NCBI GenBank assembly: GCA_964345775.1
Contig: CAYFSO010000003.1
Span: forward strand, 10,859 to 74,858
DNA: 64,000 bases
Direction: 5' to 3'
Source of the DNA: an uncultured Leptospiraceae bacterium
Lineage (GTDB): Bacteria; Spirochaetota; UBA4802; UB4802
Below are positions 46,607 through 56,279 of the stretch, one piece after another; the stretch's first letter is position 1; each line of letters starts with the position of its first letter. A program made the position numbers and the translations under genes. A model generated the notes under the pieces. It was given only the letters and a program-made list of their open reading frames with translations, had not been told where the DNA came from and did not search any database.

Positions 46607-47623
46607 TCAGGTCATTTTTCGATAGTATCGTGGTGACATGCCATATATCTTATGGAAGTAACGGTTGAATGTGGCAAGGCAGTCGAATCCAACATTATGG
46701 GCGATTTCAAGGAAACGGCTATCCGTTTCTTCTACCATCTGTGCCGCTTTGTATGTACGGTAATTGTTTATATACTCCTTTACGGTCTTGCCGGTATACT
46801 TGAGAAATAATTTGCCAAGATAATCCGGGCTTATGCCCGTAATATCGGCAACATCTTCCCGGGTGAGCGGTTCCATGTAATTATCGTGTATGTGCGCTTT
46901 CGCACTTTCAATTATATCCGAATGCTGGTCTGTTTTACCGGTTTCCATGCGCGAAAAAACTGGTATTGCTTTTTCACAGTATTCACGGCGGCTTATCTTC
47001 TTTTGGATGCCTGCATGTAACGTCAGGAAAACCATTCCGAAAATAACGGGCAGGATCATGGTGCAACAGGATAGTAGTATACGGGGTGTGCCGTGTGCTG
47101 TCTTGAGAGAGAAGAGTATAATGGGTATAATAAAAAAGAGAATACCGGGAAAAATTTTCATGTGGGGGCTGATTTGAAATAATAGGAATAAAAGCCATGC
47201 AAGTAGTACAGTCCCCGTTATGGGCAATGCCATCATCAGGTAATGAAAATGATGCTGTATCATTCCTGCAGACGGAAGGAGCAGTATGGCATAACCAGAA
47301 AGTATGATAAAGGGAAATACCCGCCGGTTGAAGGTAACCAGGTATATCCTGTATACATGCTGAAAAAAGAAGACAAGAATGATGCACATGGTCCATGTGA
47401 AAAATACCATGCAGCGTAATTTCGTACCCGGGCTCACGGTGTTAAGAAGGAAGAATGCAACAGGTATTTGAACGAGCAGGAAAAGGTTTAACATGATCAA
47501 GAAGAGATATATCCTTTTCCCATACGTGATAAAACGTATAATGGCTGACACAAGGCACCACAGGGGAGCTGCGCTGATAATCGTAATTATGAACAAACTG
47601 AACTGAGCTGGTAATGATCCCAT
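46607..47623 (-). CDS. membrane-integrated AraC-family transcriptional regulator
   Basis: About 6 N-terminal TM helices; C-terminal AraC HTH (LTREDVADITGISPDYLGKLF ... IAHNVGFDCLATFNRYFHKIYGMSPRYYR). Confidence 0.8.
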   Translation of the reverse strand: MGSLPAQFSLFIITIISAAPLWCLVSAIIRFITYGKRIYLFLIMLNLFLLVQIPVAFFLLNTVSPGTKLRCMVFFTWTMCIILVFFFQHVYRIYLVTFNRRVFPFIILSGYAILLLPSAGMIQHHFHYLMMALPITGTVLLAWLLFLLFQISPHMKIFPGILFFIIPIILFSLKTAHGTPRILLSCCTMILPVIFGMVFLTLHAGIQKKISRREYCEKAIPVFSRMETGKTDQHSDIIESAKAHIHDNYMEPLTREDVADITGISPDYLGKLFLKYTGKTVKEYINNYRTYKAAQMVEETDSRFLEIAHNVGFDCLATFNRYFHKIYGMSPRYYRKMT

Positions 47624-47799
47624 TTTTAAACACCTTTGTTATCCTGGTATGTTGCACCATATGCATCCCCTCAAGCAATGCAATGGATAACATTAAGTGC
47701 GGTTTGTTCTCCATTTAAGACAAATTTTTTTCAAAAAAACACAAAAAAAGACGACCTTAACGGGCCGCCTTTTTTACTATGCAAGATGTACTGTTTCAA

Positions 47800-50439
47800 T
47801 CAAGAGAGATTTTCTAAACTTGTCTGAAGCTTTTCCATTATTTCCCGCAATTCGTCTTTTTTGGCTTTTTCCTTGTCTACTATCTCGGCCGGTGCCTTTG
47901 AAAGAAATTTCTCATTGGAAAGCTTCCCTTCAACTCTTTTCAGTTCACCGCTTATCCTGTCAATTTCCTTTGCCAGCCTGGCTTTTTCCTTCTCAATATC
48001 AATGAGCCCCTTTAACGGCATGTATATCTCAACATCGGTCATCACCGCAGCGGCATCAGTTTTATCAGGTGAGTAAGACTGGTCAACCGCTGAGTCTTCA
48101 AGCTTTGCCAGTGAATGCAGGTTGTCTTTCTCCGAGTTGACCAGTTGAATGACCTGTTCGTTTCCAGTTTTCAACACCACGCGAGCCTTTTTGTCGGGGG
48201 GAATGTTCATTTCTCCACGTATATTCCGTATCCTGTAGACGATCTCCTTGAATGTTTCGGTTTTTTCGCTCTCGTCGGGGAAATCAAACCGGTTGTTATG
48301 CTCCGGCCAGGGGGCCACGATGAGCCTGCCCTCGTCCACCGTTACTTTCTCCCAGATTTCTTCTGAGATAAAGGGCATGAACGGATGCAGAAGCTTGAGA
48401 GATGTGGTGAGTACATGATACAGTACCTGCCGGGCTGTTCCCGATGAATCGGCTTCATCATCTGATCCGTACATTCTTGTCTTGGTAAGTTCAAGATACC
48501 AGTCACAGAATTCATGCCACCAGAACTCGTACATCTCGTGGGCTGCCTCGTTAAAGCGGTATCCTTCAAGGGCGCCGGTAATATTGTCCACGGCTGTATT
48601 TAACCTGTGCAGTATCCACCTGTCAAAAAGCTGAAGCCTGTCGATTTCCAGTGAACCCGGTGTGAAATCATCCCCCAGGTTCATCATGATAAACCTGGTG
48701 GTGTTCCATATCTTGTTACAGAAAGCACGATATCCTTCAATTCGCTTTTCTGACATGATAACATCCCGCCCCTGGGCGGCAAAGGCGGCAAGGGTAAACC
48801 TGAAGGCATCGGTCCCGTACTGGTCCATCATGATGAGGGGATCAATGACATTGCCTTTGGATTTGCTCATCTTCTGCCCGTGCTCGTCCCTGACAAGGGC
48901 GTGAATGTATACTTCCCTGAAGGGGATGTCATTCATGAATTTCAGGCCCATCATGATCATCCTGGCTACCCAGAAGAAAATGATGTCAAAACCGGTAACC
49001 AGTACACTGGTAGGGTAAAACTTTTCAAGTGCGGCTGTCCTGTCGGGCCAGCCCAGCGTGGAGAATGGCCACAGGCCGGATGAGAACCATGTGTCCAGTA
49101 CGTCGGGGTCCTGCCGGATGTTTTTGGATTTGCATTTTTCGCATTCGTCCGGGTCTTCCATGGAAACGGTAACATGGCCGCAATCGGCACAGTGGAACGC
49201 GGGAATACGGTGTCCCCACCACAGCTGCCGGGAAATACACCAGTCGCGTATATTGTACATCCATTCGAAATAGGTTTTTTCCCAGTTTTTTGGTACGAAG
49301 TGTATATGTCCATCCTTTACCGCCTTGATGGCCTCGTCGGCAAGGGGCTTTATCTTTACGAACCACTGTTTAGACAGGTAAGGCTCTATAACGGTATGGC
49401 ATCGATAACAGTGCCCCACGGAGTGATGATGGTCTTCAATTTTTACCAGGAGCCCCTGTGTTTCAAGGTCTTCTATGATCTTCTGCCGGGCGTCAAACCT
49501 GTCAAGTCCCCGGTAGGCACCACCGTTTTCGTTTATGTAGCCATTCTTATCCAGTATATTGATCTCTTCCAGGTCATGGCGTTTCCCCATCTCGAAGTCG
49601 TTTGGATCGTGGGCGGGGGTGACTTTTACCAGACCGGTGCCGAATTCGCTGGACACGTACTCGTCGGCAAAAACGGGTATTTCCCTTTCCATGAGGGGGA
49701 GTACCACGTTTTTCCCGATAAGATGCGTGTACCTTTCATCTTCCGGATTGACCGCAACACCGGTATCGCCAAGCATGGTCTCAGGCCGGGTGGTTGCAAC
49801 CGTTATAAAGTGGTCAGAACCCTCTATGGGATACTTCATGTAGTACAGCCTGCCGGGAAGGTCCTGGTATTCTGTTTCGATGTCCGACAGGGCCGTTTCA
49901 CACCGTGGACACCAGTTGATTATGCGGTATCCCTGGTATATGAGGTCTTCTTCAAACAGTGTGACGAATACCTTCCGTACCGCCCTTGAGAGACCGTCAT
50001 CCAGGGTGAATCGTTCACGTTCCCAGTCAAGTGAGCAGCCCAGCCTTTTCAACTGGCCCTGGATCTGGCCGCCTGAATGTTCTTTCCATTCCCAGACCCG
50101 CTCGACGAACTTTTCACGTCCAAGATCATGCCTGGTCTTCCCGTCCTTCTGTAACTCCCGTTCAACCACGTTCTGGGTGGCTATGCCCGCATGGTCCATC
50201 CCGGGCATCCACATGGCCGCCTTGCCCTGCATCCGCTGCCAGCGTATCAGTATGTCCTGCAGGGTGTTATTGAGCGCATGGCCCATGTGCAGGTTCCCCG
50301 TCACGTTGGGAGGTGGTATTACGATGGAATATGGTTCCCCGGGGTCGTGGTCATCCGCGTGGAAGAGGTTTTCCTCCTGCCATATGCGGTACCACTTTTC
50401 TTCAACTGATGTTGGATCGTACGATGAAGGCATTTCCAT
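47800..50439 (-). CDS. valS: valine--tRNA ligase
   Basis: HIGH motif PPNVTGNLHMGHAL, KMSKS motif KMSKSKGN, editing domain, C-terminal coiled coil; 879 aa. Confidence 0.95.
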   Translation of the reverse strand: MEMPSSYDPTSVEEKWYRIWQEENLFHADDHDPGEPYSIVIPPPNVTGNLHMGHALNNTLQDILIRWQRMQGKAAMWMPGMDHAGIATQNVVERELQKDGKTRHDLGREKFVERVWEWKEHSGGQIQGQLKRLGCSLDWERERFTLDDGLSRAVRKVFVTLFEEDLIYQGYRIINWCPRCETALSDIETEYQDLPGRLYYMKYPIEGSDHFITVATTRPETMLGDTGVAVNPEDERYTHLIGKNVVLPLMEREIPVFADEYVSSEFGTGLVKVTPAHDPNDFEMGKRHDLEEINILDKNGYINENGGAYRGLDRFDARQKIIEDLETQGLLVKIEDHHHSVGHCYRCHTVIEPYLSKQWFVKIKPLADEAIKAVKDGHIHFVPKNWEKTYFEWMYNIRDWCISRQLWWGHRIPAFHCADCGHVTVSMEDPDECEKCKSKNIRQDPDVLDTWFSSGLWPFSTLGWPDRTAALEKFYPTSVLVTGFDIIFFWVARMIMMGLKFMNDIPFREVYIHALVRDEHGQKMSKSKGNVIDPLIMMDQYGTDAFRFTLAAFAAQGRDVIMSEKRIEGYRAFCNKIWNTTRFIMMNLGDDFTPGSLEIDRLQLFDRWILHRLNTAVDNITGALEGYRFNEAAHEMYEFWWHEFCDWYLELTKTRMYGSDDEADSSGTARQVLYHVLTTSLKLLHPFMPFISEEIWEKVTVDEGRLIVAPWPEHNNRFDFPDESEKTETFKEIVYRIRNIRGEMNIPPDKKARVVLKTGNEQVIQLVNSEKDNLHSLAKLEDSAVDQSYSPDKTDAAAVMTDVEIYMPLKGLIDIEKEKARLAKEIDRISGELKRVEGKLSNEKFLSKAPAEIVDKEKAKKDELREIMEKLQTSLENLS

Positions 50440-50528
50440 AAGGCAATTCCTGTACTCACATTATATAGTATGGGAAGTCAATAACCTGCCGTAAAAGGGG
50501 ATGTCAATTCATTTTTGGGTGATGATAT

Positions 50529-51524
50529 TCAGGACATGCCGTGCTTGTTCTTGAAATAAGGTTCGAAGAGCTGGCGGTCTATGGCTAAAAGCCTGGTTCG
50601 TATTTCCGTTATGCTTTCGAAATCATAGTGCTGAAATTCGAAGTAATCGAGCATCCAGAGGTACTTGTTGATCAACCTGGGTTCTATATTTGAGGTCCGT
50701 ATCCGGTCTTTGCTCATGGTCTGGTAATTCTGTTCCAGCGTGTATATTTCTCTTTTTAATTGTTCAACCTGCTGTGAATTCAGATGCCGCTTCACGTAAA
50801 AGATATCGTGAATGGTGCCATATACGGGGATCCATTCCCGGACCTCTTCCAGGTCTGGTCTTTCCTGTTCTATAATGGCAATGATATCCATGATAGGACG
50901 GGCCTTTATGAGGGACAGGTCTATCTCAGAGGGGTCAATTAAGAACGCCTCGCGAAAATACAGGAGTGACTTGGGTATGTCATTCCTGTGAAAATACGCT
51001 TCGCCCAGCAATGCCAGAAGCGGTGCGTTGCTGCGATAGGAGCTTCGGGCATATTCAAGGGCTTCTATGGTATGTGCATATTCTCCAAGCCGTAAGAAAC
51101 AGGTGCCAAGCTGCAGCAGCAAGGTAAAATTGTCGGTTGGATTTTCCCTGTCGTTGAAGGCGATCTTGTAATGCTCCGATGCGGTAAAGAATATGTACCG
51201 CATGGTGGCCTTGTACGCGGTTGATCCGGTAATATGCTTTTCCCGGGCGTATGTTGAGAATTTTTCCCATTGCTTCATCAGGAAATCGGCTGTCTCCTTG
51301 CCATCCTGGAGTTCATCGATGGTCTTCTGGCGGTTCTGCCAGAACTTTGCAGCCCGGTATCCTTCGGCAAGGCCGGGATAATCAGGATTAACGGACATAA
51401 GTTCATCAAGCTTTTCCACTGCCGTGGAAAAGTTCCCTTCCTCTATGGAACGGAATGCTTCATTGCTTCCCGTAAGGAGAGGATCATCGTTGAATGTTAA
51501 CTGTCCGTCCTGGTCCATATGCAT
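50529..51524 (-). CDS. TPR-repeat protein, third gene of SbcCD-like operon
   Basis: Several 34-aa helical repeats; start codon abuts the ATPase stop. Confidence 0.6.
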   Translation of the reverse strand: MHMDQDGQLTFNDDPLLTGSNEAFRSIEEGNFSTAVEKLDELMSVNPDYPGLAEGYRAAKFWQNRQKTIDELQDGKETADFLMKQWEKFSTYAREKHITGSTAYKATMRYIFFTASEHYKIAFNDRENPTDNFTLLLQLGTCFLRLGEYAHTIEALEYARSSYRSNAPLLALLGEAYFHRNDIPKSLLYFREAFLIDPSEIDLSLIKARPIMDIIAIIEQERPDLEEVREWIPVYGTIHDIFYVKRHLNSQQVEQLKREIYTLEQNYQTMSKDRIRTSNIEPRLINKYLWMLDYFEFQHYDFESITEIRTRLLAIDRQLFEPYFKNKHGMS

Positions 51525-53690
51525 TTATAATTCTACCGGGGTATACCATTTGTTCAGTGCATCGCTGTGAGTAAACAGTATAATCTGGCGCGATTCGGCT
51601 GTTTTTTCAAGAATATTCCTGAACGTATCAATATTATCATTATCCAGAAAAACAAAGGGATCATCAAGAATTAAAGGAATCGAGACGCCGGAATCAACCA
51701 AAAAATCATGCAGGGCGCATTTTATTGCCAGTTGCAGGAGATGAGAAAAGGATACATTATGCGAGCTGTCATGTTCTTTTTTCCCGAGAACCGAAATAAT
51801 AGTGTCCATGCCTATTGGCTGGGGATAACTTCCGCCTGTGATGTCCCTGAAAATGGACGCGGTGGTATGAACCAGCCTTTCCATTTGTTCCTGCATTCGT
51901 GCGTGTATGGATTCTTCAAAGAGTTCAAGCAGGTATTCCACGTGACGTTTTCTTTTCGTTAACGAGTCCATCACGGTGTTGTATTCCCTGAGTTGTTCCT
52001 CGAGATCATGCATCTCATTTGCCATGTCCGGGCTTTCAGCGAGATTCGCTGTTATGTTGTCGGCCACTTTCTGCCTGGATCGCATTTCGGAGGTCAAAGA
52101 GTCAATTGTTTCCCTGGTCTCGTTCAGCAATGCCTGTAAGGCCTTTTCATCTTCGAGGTCATCATGCTGGATGCCAGCAATACCTGCCATTTCCTGTATG
52201 GTACCTGTAAGGCTTTTAAGATCTGCTTCAAGGGCTTCTTTCTTTTCGTACAGGTCATTATTGTAGAACTGCTCGGAATGGATCTTTTTCAACTTGTACA
52301 GATCCAGCTGCTTTTCATTGAATTCCCCGTATTCTTCGAAGTATTGCAGCAGGAACTCGTATATCTCGTCCAGTTGTATATCGGCCAGGTCGATATCATT
52401 CGCCTGTAATATGCCTTCAAGTTTCTGTTCCAGTACCTCTTTTTCTGATTCATACCGTTGAAGAACAGGAGAGCGGAACAGGCGATACCTGTATATGATA
52501 TAAATAATGTAGCTCAGCAGGTATACAACGATCATCCCCCCGATGACGATCACCTTATCCTCCCGTTTCAGTGCTGCCGATCCCTTGAAAAACAACCAGA
52601 CAACCAGGGCAAGGATACCCAGGTTAACCGCAGAAATAATTTTTCCCAGCTTGTTGACCCTGTGTTCCCGCTGGAACAGTTCTTTTTCGAGCTTATCGTT
52701 TACGCCCCTTATCTCCCTGTAGGTATCCTGCATATGCTTGATATTGCTTTTCATTGTAATATCAAAGTTTTTAAATTGTGGATACGACTTCTCCAGCTCT
52801 TTCTCTCTTGCCCGTATGTCTTTTTCCTGCTCCATGCCAGATTCTATACGTTGTTCCAGCTGTTGAATTTCCTCCTCAAGGGATCTTTTGCGAGCGAACG
52901 CCTGCAAGATCCTGTTGATATGATTTTTCTTGATGGTGAACGCGTCAATTCGGCTTGATAGGGACTTGATATCTTCCTGCTGCTTTTCCTGTTCCTTTTG
53001 CTGTTTCTCACGTTTTGACGCGTTTATTTTCAGCAATTCAATCTTTTTGGAAGTGTCCTTTTTCAGTCTTTCGTACCTGAAGATCTCGTTACTCAATTCG
53101 TTATGCACCCTTGCGGAAATATCATCTGCACTGAAAGATTCTTTTATGGCACGGTATGATGCGTAGTAGTTGCTTCTATCCTGGAGTAACAGAAATTCGA
53201 TGGCATCTCGTGAAACAGGTGGTAACCTGTCCAGGTCCACGGCCGAGGGCAGGTAGCCAGCCGCTATAAATCCATGATATCCCAAATTCCTGTAGAAATC
53301 TGCAAGTTTGAGAAATCCATTTTTTGATCCCAGGTCATCATGCAGGACTGAACCAGGTGGATATTTACGTTCAACAATATGGGAATGCTGTATGTTACCC
53401 CTGTCATTTACCGTGTTAATGGATATATCACTGGCACCATTGCGTGTAAACCTGTATGTGGCATTATCGATCCTGGTATCAACTTCAATTGATAATGACT
53501 GCCATGACTGGTTGTCAAGTAGCGGTTCGCTGGTTAAGGGGAAAAGGGTGTCTATGATAGCCCGGGAAAGCAGTGTTTTGCCCGTGTTGTTTTTGCCGTG
53601 AATAACGGTAATACCATTATCAATCCCGATGGATCTATTCTGGAAGACACCGGGATATGAAGCTATGCATTTCTTGATATGCATAGCCAT
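51525..53690 (-). CDS. SMC/Rad50/SbcC-like ABC ATPase with internal transmembrane hairpin
   Basis: Walker A GKNNTGKT at N-terminus, Walker B/D-loop PLILDDPFVFLD at C-terminus, long coiled-coil middle carrying two hydrophobic helices (ISAVNLGILALVVWLFF, VIVIGGMIVVYLLSYIIYIIY). Confidence 0.75.
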   Translation of the reverse strand: MAMHIKKCIASYPGVFQNRSIGIDNGITVIHGKNNTGKTLLSRAIIDTLFPLTSEPLLDNQSWQSLSIEVDTRIDNATYRFTRNGASDISINTVNDRGNIQHSHIVERKYPPGSVLHDDLGSKNGFLKLADFYRNLGYHGFIAAGYLPSAVDLDRLPPVSRDAIEFLLLQDRSNYYASYRAIKESFSADDISARVHNELSNEIFRYERLKKDTSKKIELLKINASKREKQQKEQEKQQEDIKSLSSRIDAFTIKKNHINRILQAFARKRSLEEEIQQLEQRIESGMEQEKDIRAREKELEKSYPQFKNFDITMKSNIKHMQDTYREIRGVNDKLEKELFQREHRVNKLGKIISAVNLGILALVVWLFFKGSAALKREDKVIVIGGMIVVYLLSYIIYIIYRYRLFRSPVLQRYESEKEVLEQKLEGILQANDIDLADIQLDEIYEFLLQYFEEYGEFNEKQLDLYKLKKIHSEQFYNNDLYEKKEALEADLKSLTGTIQEMAGIAGIQHDDLEDEKALQALLNETRETIDSLTSEMRSRQKVADNITANLAESPDMANEMHDLEEQLREYNTVMDSLTKRKRHVEYLLELFEESIHARMQEQMERLVHTTASIFRDITGGSYPQPIGMDTIISVLGKKEHDSSHNVSFSHLLQLAIKCALHDFLVDSGVSIPLILDDPFVFLDNDNIDTFRNILEKTAESRQIILFTHSDALNKWYTPVEL

Positions 53691-54784
53691 TCCTCCGGTA
53701 TACAGTTGTTTGAAGTATGGATTTTGTGTAATATTTCCGATAGTATATGCTGGTCAATATCTTTGGGATGCTCGTTATTCTTGATCTTTCCCTGCAGGTT
53801 TTTTAAAAGAGTTCCTCTCAGGGTCTGTTCTGAGGCGTGCTGCATTATCATCAGGTGCAGATCGGGAATGGAATCGTCGGTAAGCCTGAAATCAGCGCAC
53901 TTGTCCTGGAGTGCGTTAAAAATTCCATCAACAGGAAATGATCTTCTGCCTGTGAGTCTAACCCTGAGCACGGTCCTGGGAGAAGCGGCTGCATTGATGG
54001 TATTGACAAGTTCTACCTGGGAGTTCATTCGGGCACAATCCAGGTGCAGTTCTTCGAGCAGCAGGGTGTTAACGGCCAGCCGTTTTATCTGGGTTATGTC
54101 AGAATCACTGATAGTTATGGACAGTACGTACCTGTCTCCCGTTTCATCAGGGGAGGTGGCCTCGGGAGTTCCCGGGTAGGCACCGATTATCCTGTTCTGG
54201 TACTTGTAGAGCTTGAAATTGTGGTTGTGCCCCAGGGCGTAGAAATCCAGTTGAAGTGACTTTATGGCTTCCCGCGGGAGCTTGTACACGATACTTTCTT
54301 CGGAAGCGTCCCCCGGGTTGAAATCAATGTGAAATACCCCCATGTGAAACCCCCGTTTATCACATTTTTTTATTGAGGTGATATCACGGGTGTCAAGGGC
54401 GGGTTGGCTGTACAGGTAGAGGAGTGTTCCGTTCTTCTCAATTCGTACCGGTGAGTGGTCATTGCTGTTCAGGAACGAATGGGTTGCAGGTATATGGAGC
54501 AGGTTGCTGAGATTCGGGATATTGTGAAACTCGCTCTCCCCTGCGGTGTAAACGATGTCAATACCCGAATCAAGGACAGATTGCAATTCAGTATTCATCT
54601 GCATGAAGGTATAAGTGTCAGAAAATGGGCCCTCCAGCAGGTCACCGGCAATGATAAGGATGTCATGTTCCGCCGCAAGTGACAGTATTTTCCTCAGGGT
54701 ATCCATTCTTACAGAATCGCTGATCCCTGTTTCGGGGATGGTTGCCCCCATGTGCATGTCTGACATCAGGAGTATTTTAATCAT
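53663..54784 (-). CDS. calcineurin-like metallophosphoesterase, SbcD/Mre11-like
   Basis: Motifs LLMSDMHMG, IIAGDLLEG, GHNHN; overlaps ATPase start by 28 nt. Confidence 0.8.
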   Translation of the reverse strand: MIKILLMSDMHMGATIPETGISDSVRMDTLRKILSLAAEHDILIIAGDLLEGPFSDTYTFMQMNTELQSVLDSGIDIVYTAGESEFHNIPNLSNLLHIPATHSFLNSNDHSPVRIEKNGTLLYLYSQPALDTRDITSIKKCDKRGFHMGVFHIDFNPGDASEESIVYKLPREAIKSLQLDFYALGHNHNFKLYKYQNRIIGAYPGTPEATSPDETGDRYVLSITISDSDITQIKRLAVNTLLLEELHLDCARMNSQVELVNTINAAASPRTVLRVRLTGRRSFPVDGIFNALQDKCADFRLTDDSIPDLHLMIMQHASEQTLRGTLLKNLQGKIKNNEHPKDIDQHILSEILHKIHTSNNCIPEEWLCISRNA

Positions 54785-54928
54785 AAAGGGTATTCCGGTT
54801 TTTCGTCCGCTCTAATCTACAATAAAATTATTGCATTGCGCCACATGATCGTATAAATTGTCTTATTCGTCAATTATATAGTTACATAATCATGAATACA
54901 TGATATATGCCATTGGAATAAAGATACT

Positions 54929-56278
54929 ATGAGCCATATTCTTATTGTCGATGATAGTTCAGCAATTCTTGAATACATTGAGGACATGTTAACAGTTTCC
55001 GGCCATTCCGTGAAGACGTGCTCAAACGGTGCCGAAGGGCTTGAACTACTGGGAAAGGAGTCCTTTGAGCTTATTATCTCGGATATGGCCATGCCGATAC
55101 TTGACGGGTTCCAGATGTTAGAGAAGTTGCGTTCGTTTGACCTTGAAACCCCGATCATCATGATCACCGGAGTTGGCGGAGTGCCGGACGCGGTGAAAGC
55201 CATCAAAAATGGTGCCAATGATTTTATTACCAAACCCCTGAACCCCGACGAGTTCATGATCAAGGTGGAAAAAAGCCTGGAAACCGTTCGATTAAAGCGT
55301 GAACTTGCGCTCCTGAAGTCATCAAGGAGGTCTTTAAGGGGCATTAACATCCTTATCGGCGAAAGTGCATCCATGGAATTCCTCAAGCAGCAGATCTTGC
55401 AGGTTGCGCCAACCAACGCGTCAATCATGGTGCTGGGAGAAAGCGGAACAGGAAAAGAACTTGTGGCAAAAGCCATTCACAATGAAAGTGACAGGCAGGA
55501 AAAAGCCTTTATTCCCGTTGATTGCAGCACCCTGACCGAGTCCATTATCGAGTCAGAACTTTTTGGCCACATGAAGGGGGCCTTTACCGGTGCCGACAGG
55601 ACCAGGAAGGGGATGTTCGAAGAAGCGCACCTGGGAACCATTTTCCTGGATGAGATCGGGAACCTCTCTCTGCAGGTGCAGAGCAAGTTGCTGCGGTTTT
55701 TACAGGAACGCGAGATCAAGCCCGTGGGATCAAGCAAACCAATGAAAGTTGACGTGCGGATCATCAGTGCCACTAACGCCGACATAAGGGGAGAAATAGA
55801 AAAGGGGAATTTCAGGGAAGACCTGTATTACCGGTTATCAGGTATAGAAATGAAGGTGCCTCCTCTCAGGGAGAAACTTGAGGATATCCCGCTTCTTGTT
55901 GAACATTTTATTGATGATTTTTCAAGGGACCTGAACAGGCCCATAACCGGTATGGACAGGGACGCACTTGATCTGCTGATGAACCGGGAATGGAAAGGTA
56001 ACGTTCGTGAACTTGAACACATGACAGAGCACGCGGTCATTCTTGAAACAAAGTCCCTCATCGGGGCTGATACCATTATGCATGTATTACCGGAAAGCAG
56101 GGAGGGTCTTTCGGGTAACACCTCCCCCCTGCAGCTATCCACTGCCATCTCCGGGTTTGAAAAAAAGCATATTCTGAAGGTATTGAAGATCGCCAATAAC
56201 AACAGGGCCGAGACGGCACGAATGCTGGGTATCAGCCGCAGTGTGCTGTACGACAAGATGAAGAAATACGGGATATAG
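54929..56278 (+). CDS. sigma54-dependent response regulator (NtrC family)
   Basis: REC domain with phospho-Asp (LIISDMAMP), AAA+ Walker A GESGTGKEL, GAFTGA motif, C-terminal Fis-type HTH. Confidence 0.9.
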   Translation: MSHILIVDDSSAILEYIEDMLTVSGHSVKTCSNGAEGLELLGKESFELIISDMAMPILDGFQMLEKLRSFDLETPIIMITGVGGVPDAVKAIKNGANDFITKPLNPDEFMIKVEKSLETVRLKRELALLKSSRRSLRGINILIGESASMEFLKQQILQVAPTNASIMVLGESGTGKELVAKAIHNESDRQEKAFIPVDCSTLTESIIESELFGHMKGAFTGADRTRKGMFEEAHLGTIFLDEIGNLSLQVQSKLLRFLQEREIKPVGSSKPMKVDVRIISATNADIRGEIEKGNFREDLYYRLSGIEMKVPPLREKLEDIPLLVEHFIDDFSRDLNRPITGMDRDALDLLMNREWKGNVRELEHMTEHAVILETKSLIGADTIMHVLPESREGLSGNTSPLQLSTAISGFEKKHILKVLKIANNNRAETARMLGISRSVLYDKMKKYGI

Positions 56279-56279
56279 T

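Noticed and set aside
47624-47799. Possible valS terminator hairpin
   Set aside because: A- and T-runs are present but no convincing GC-rich stem could be paired by eye.
49174-49989. 271-aa plus-strand ORF
   Set aside because: Antisense to valS (HIGH/KMSKS motifs on minus strand).
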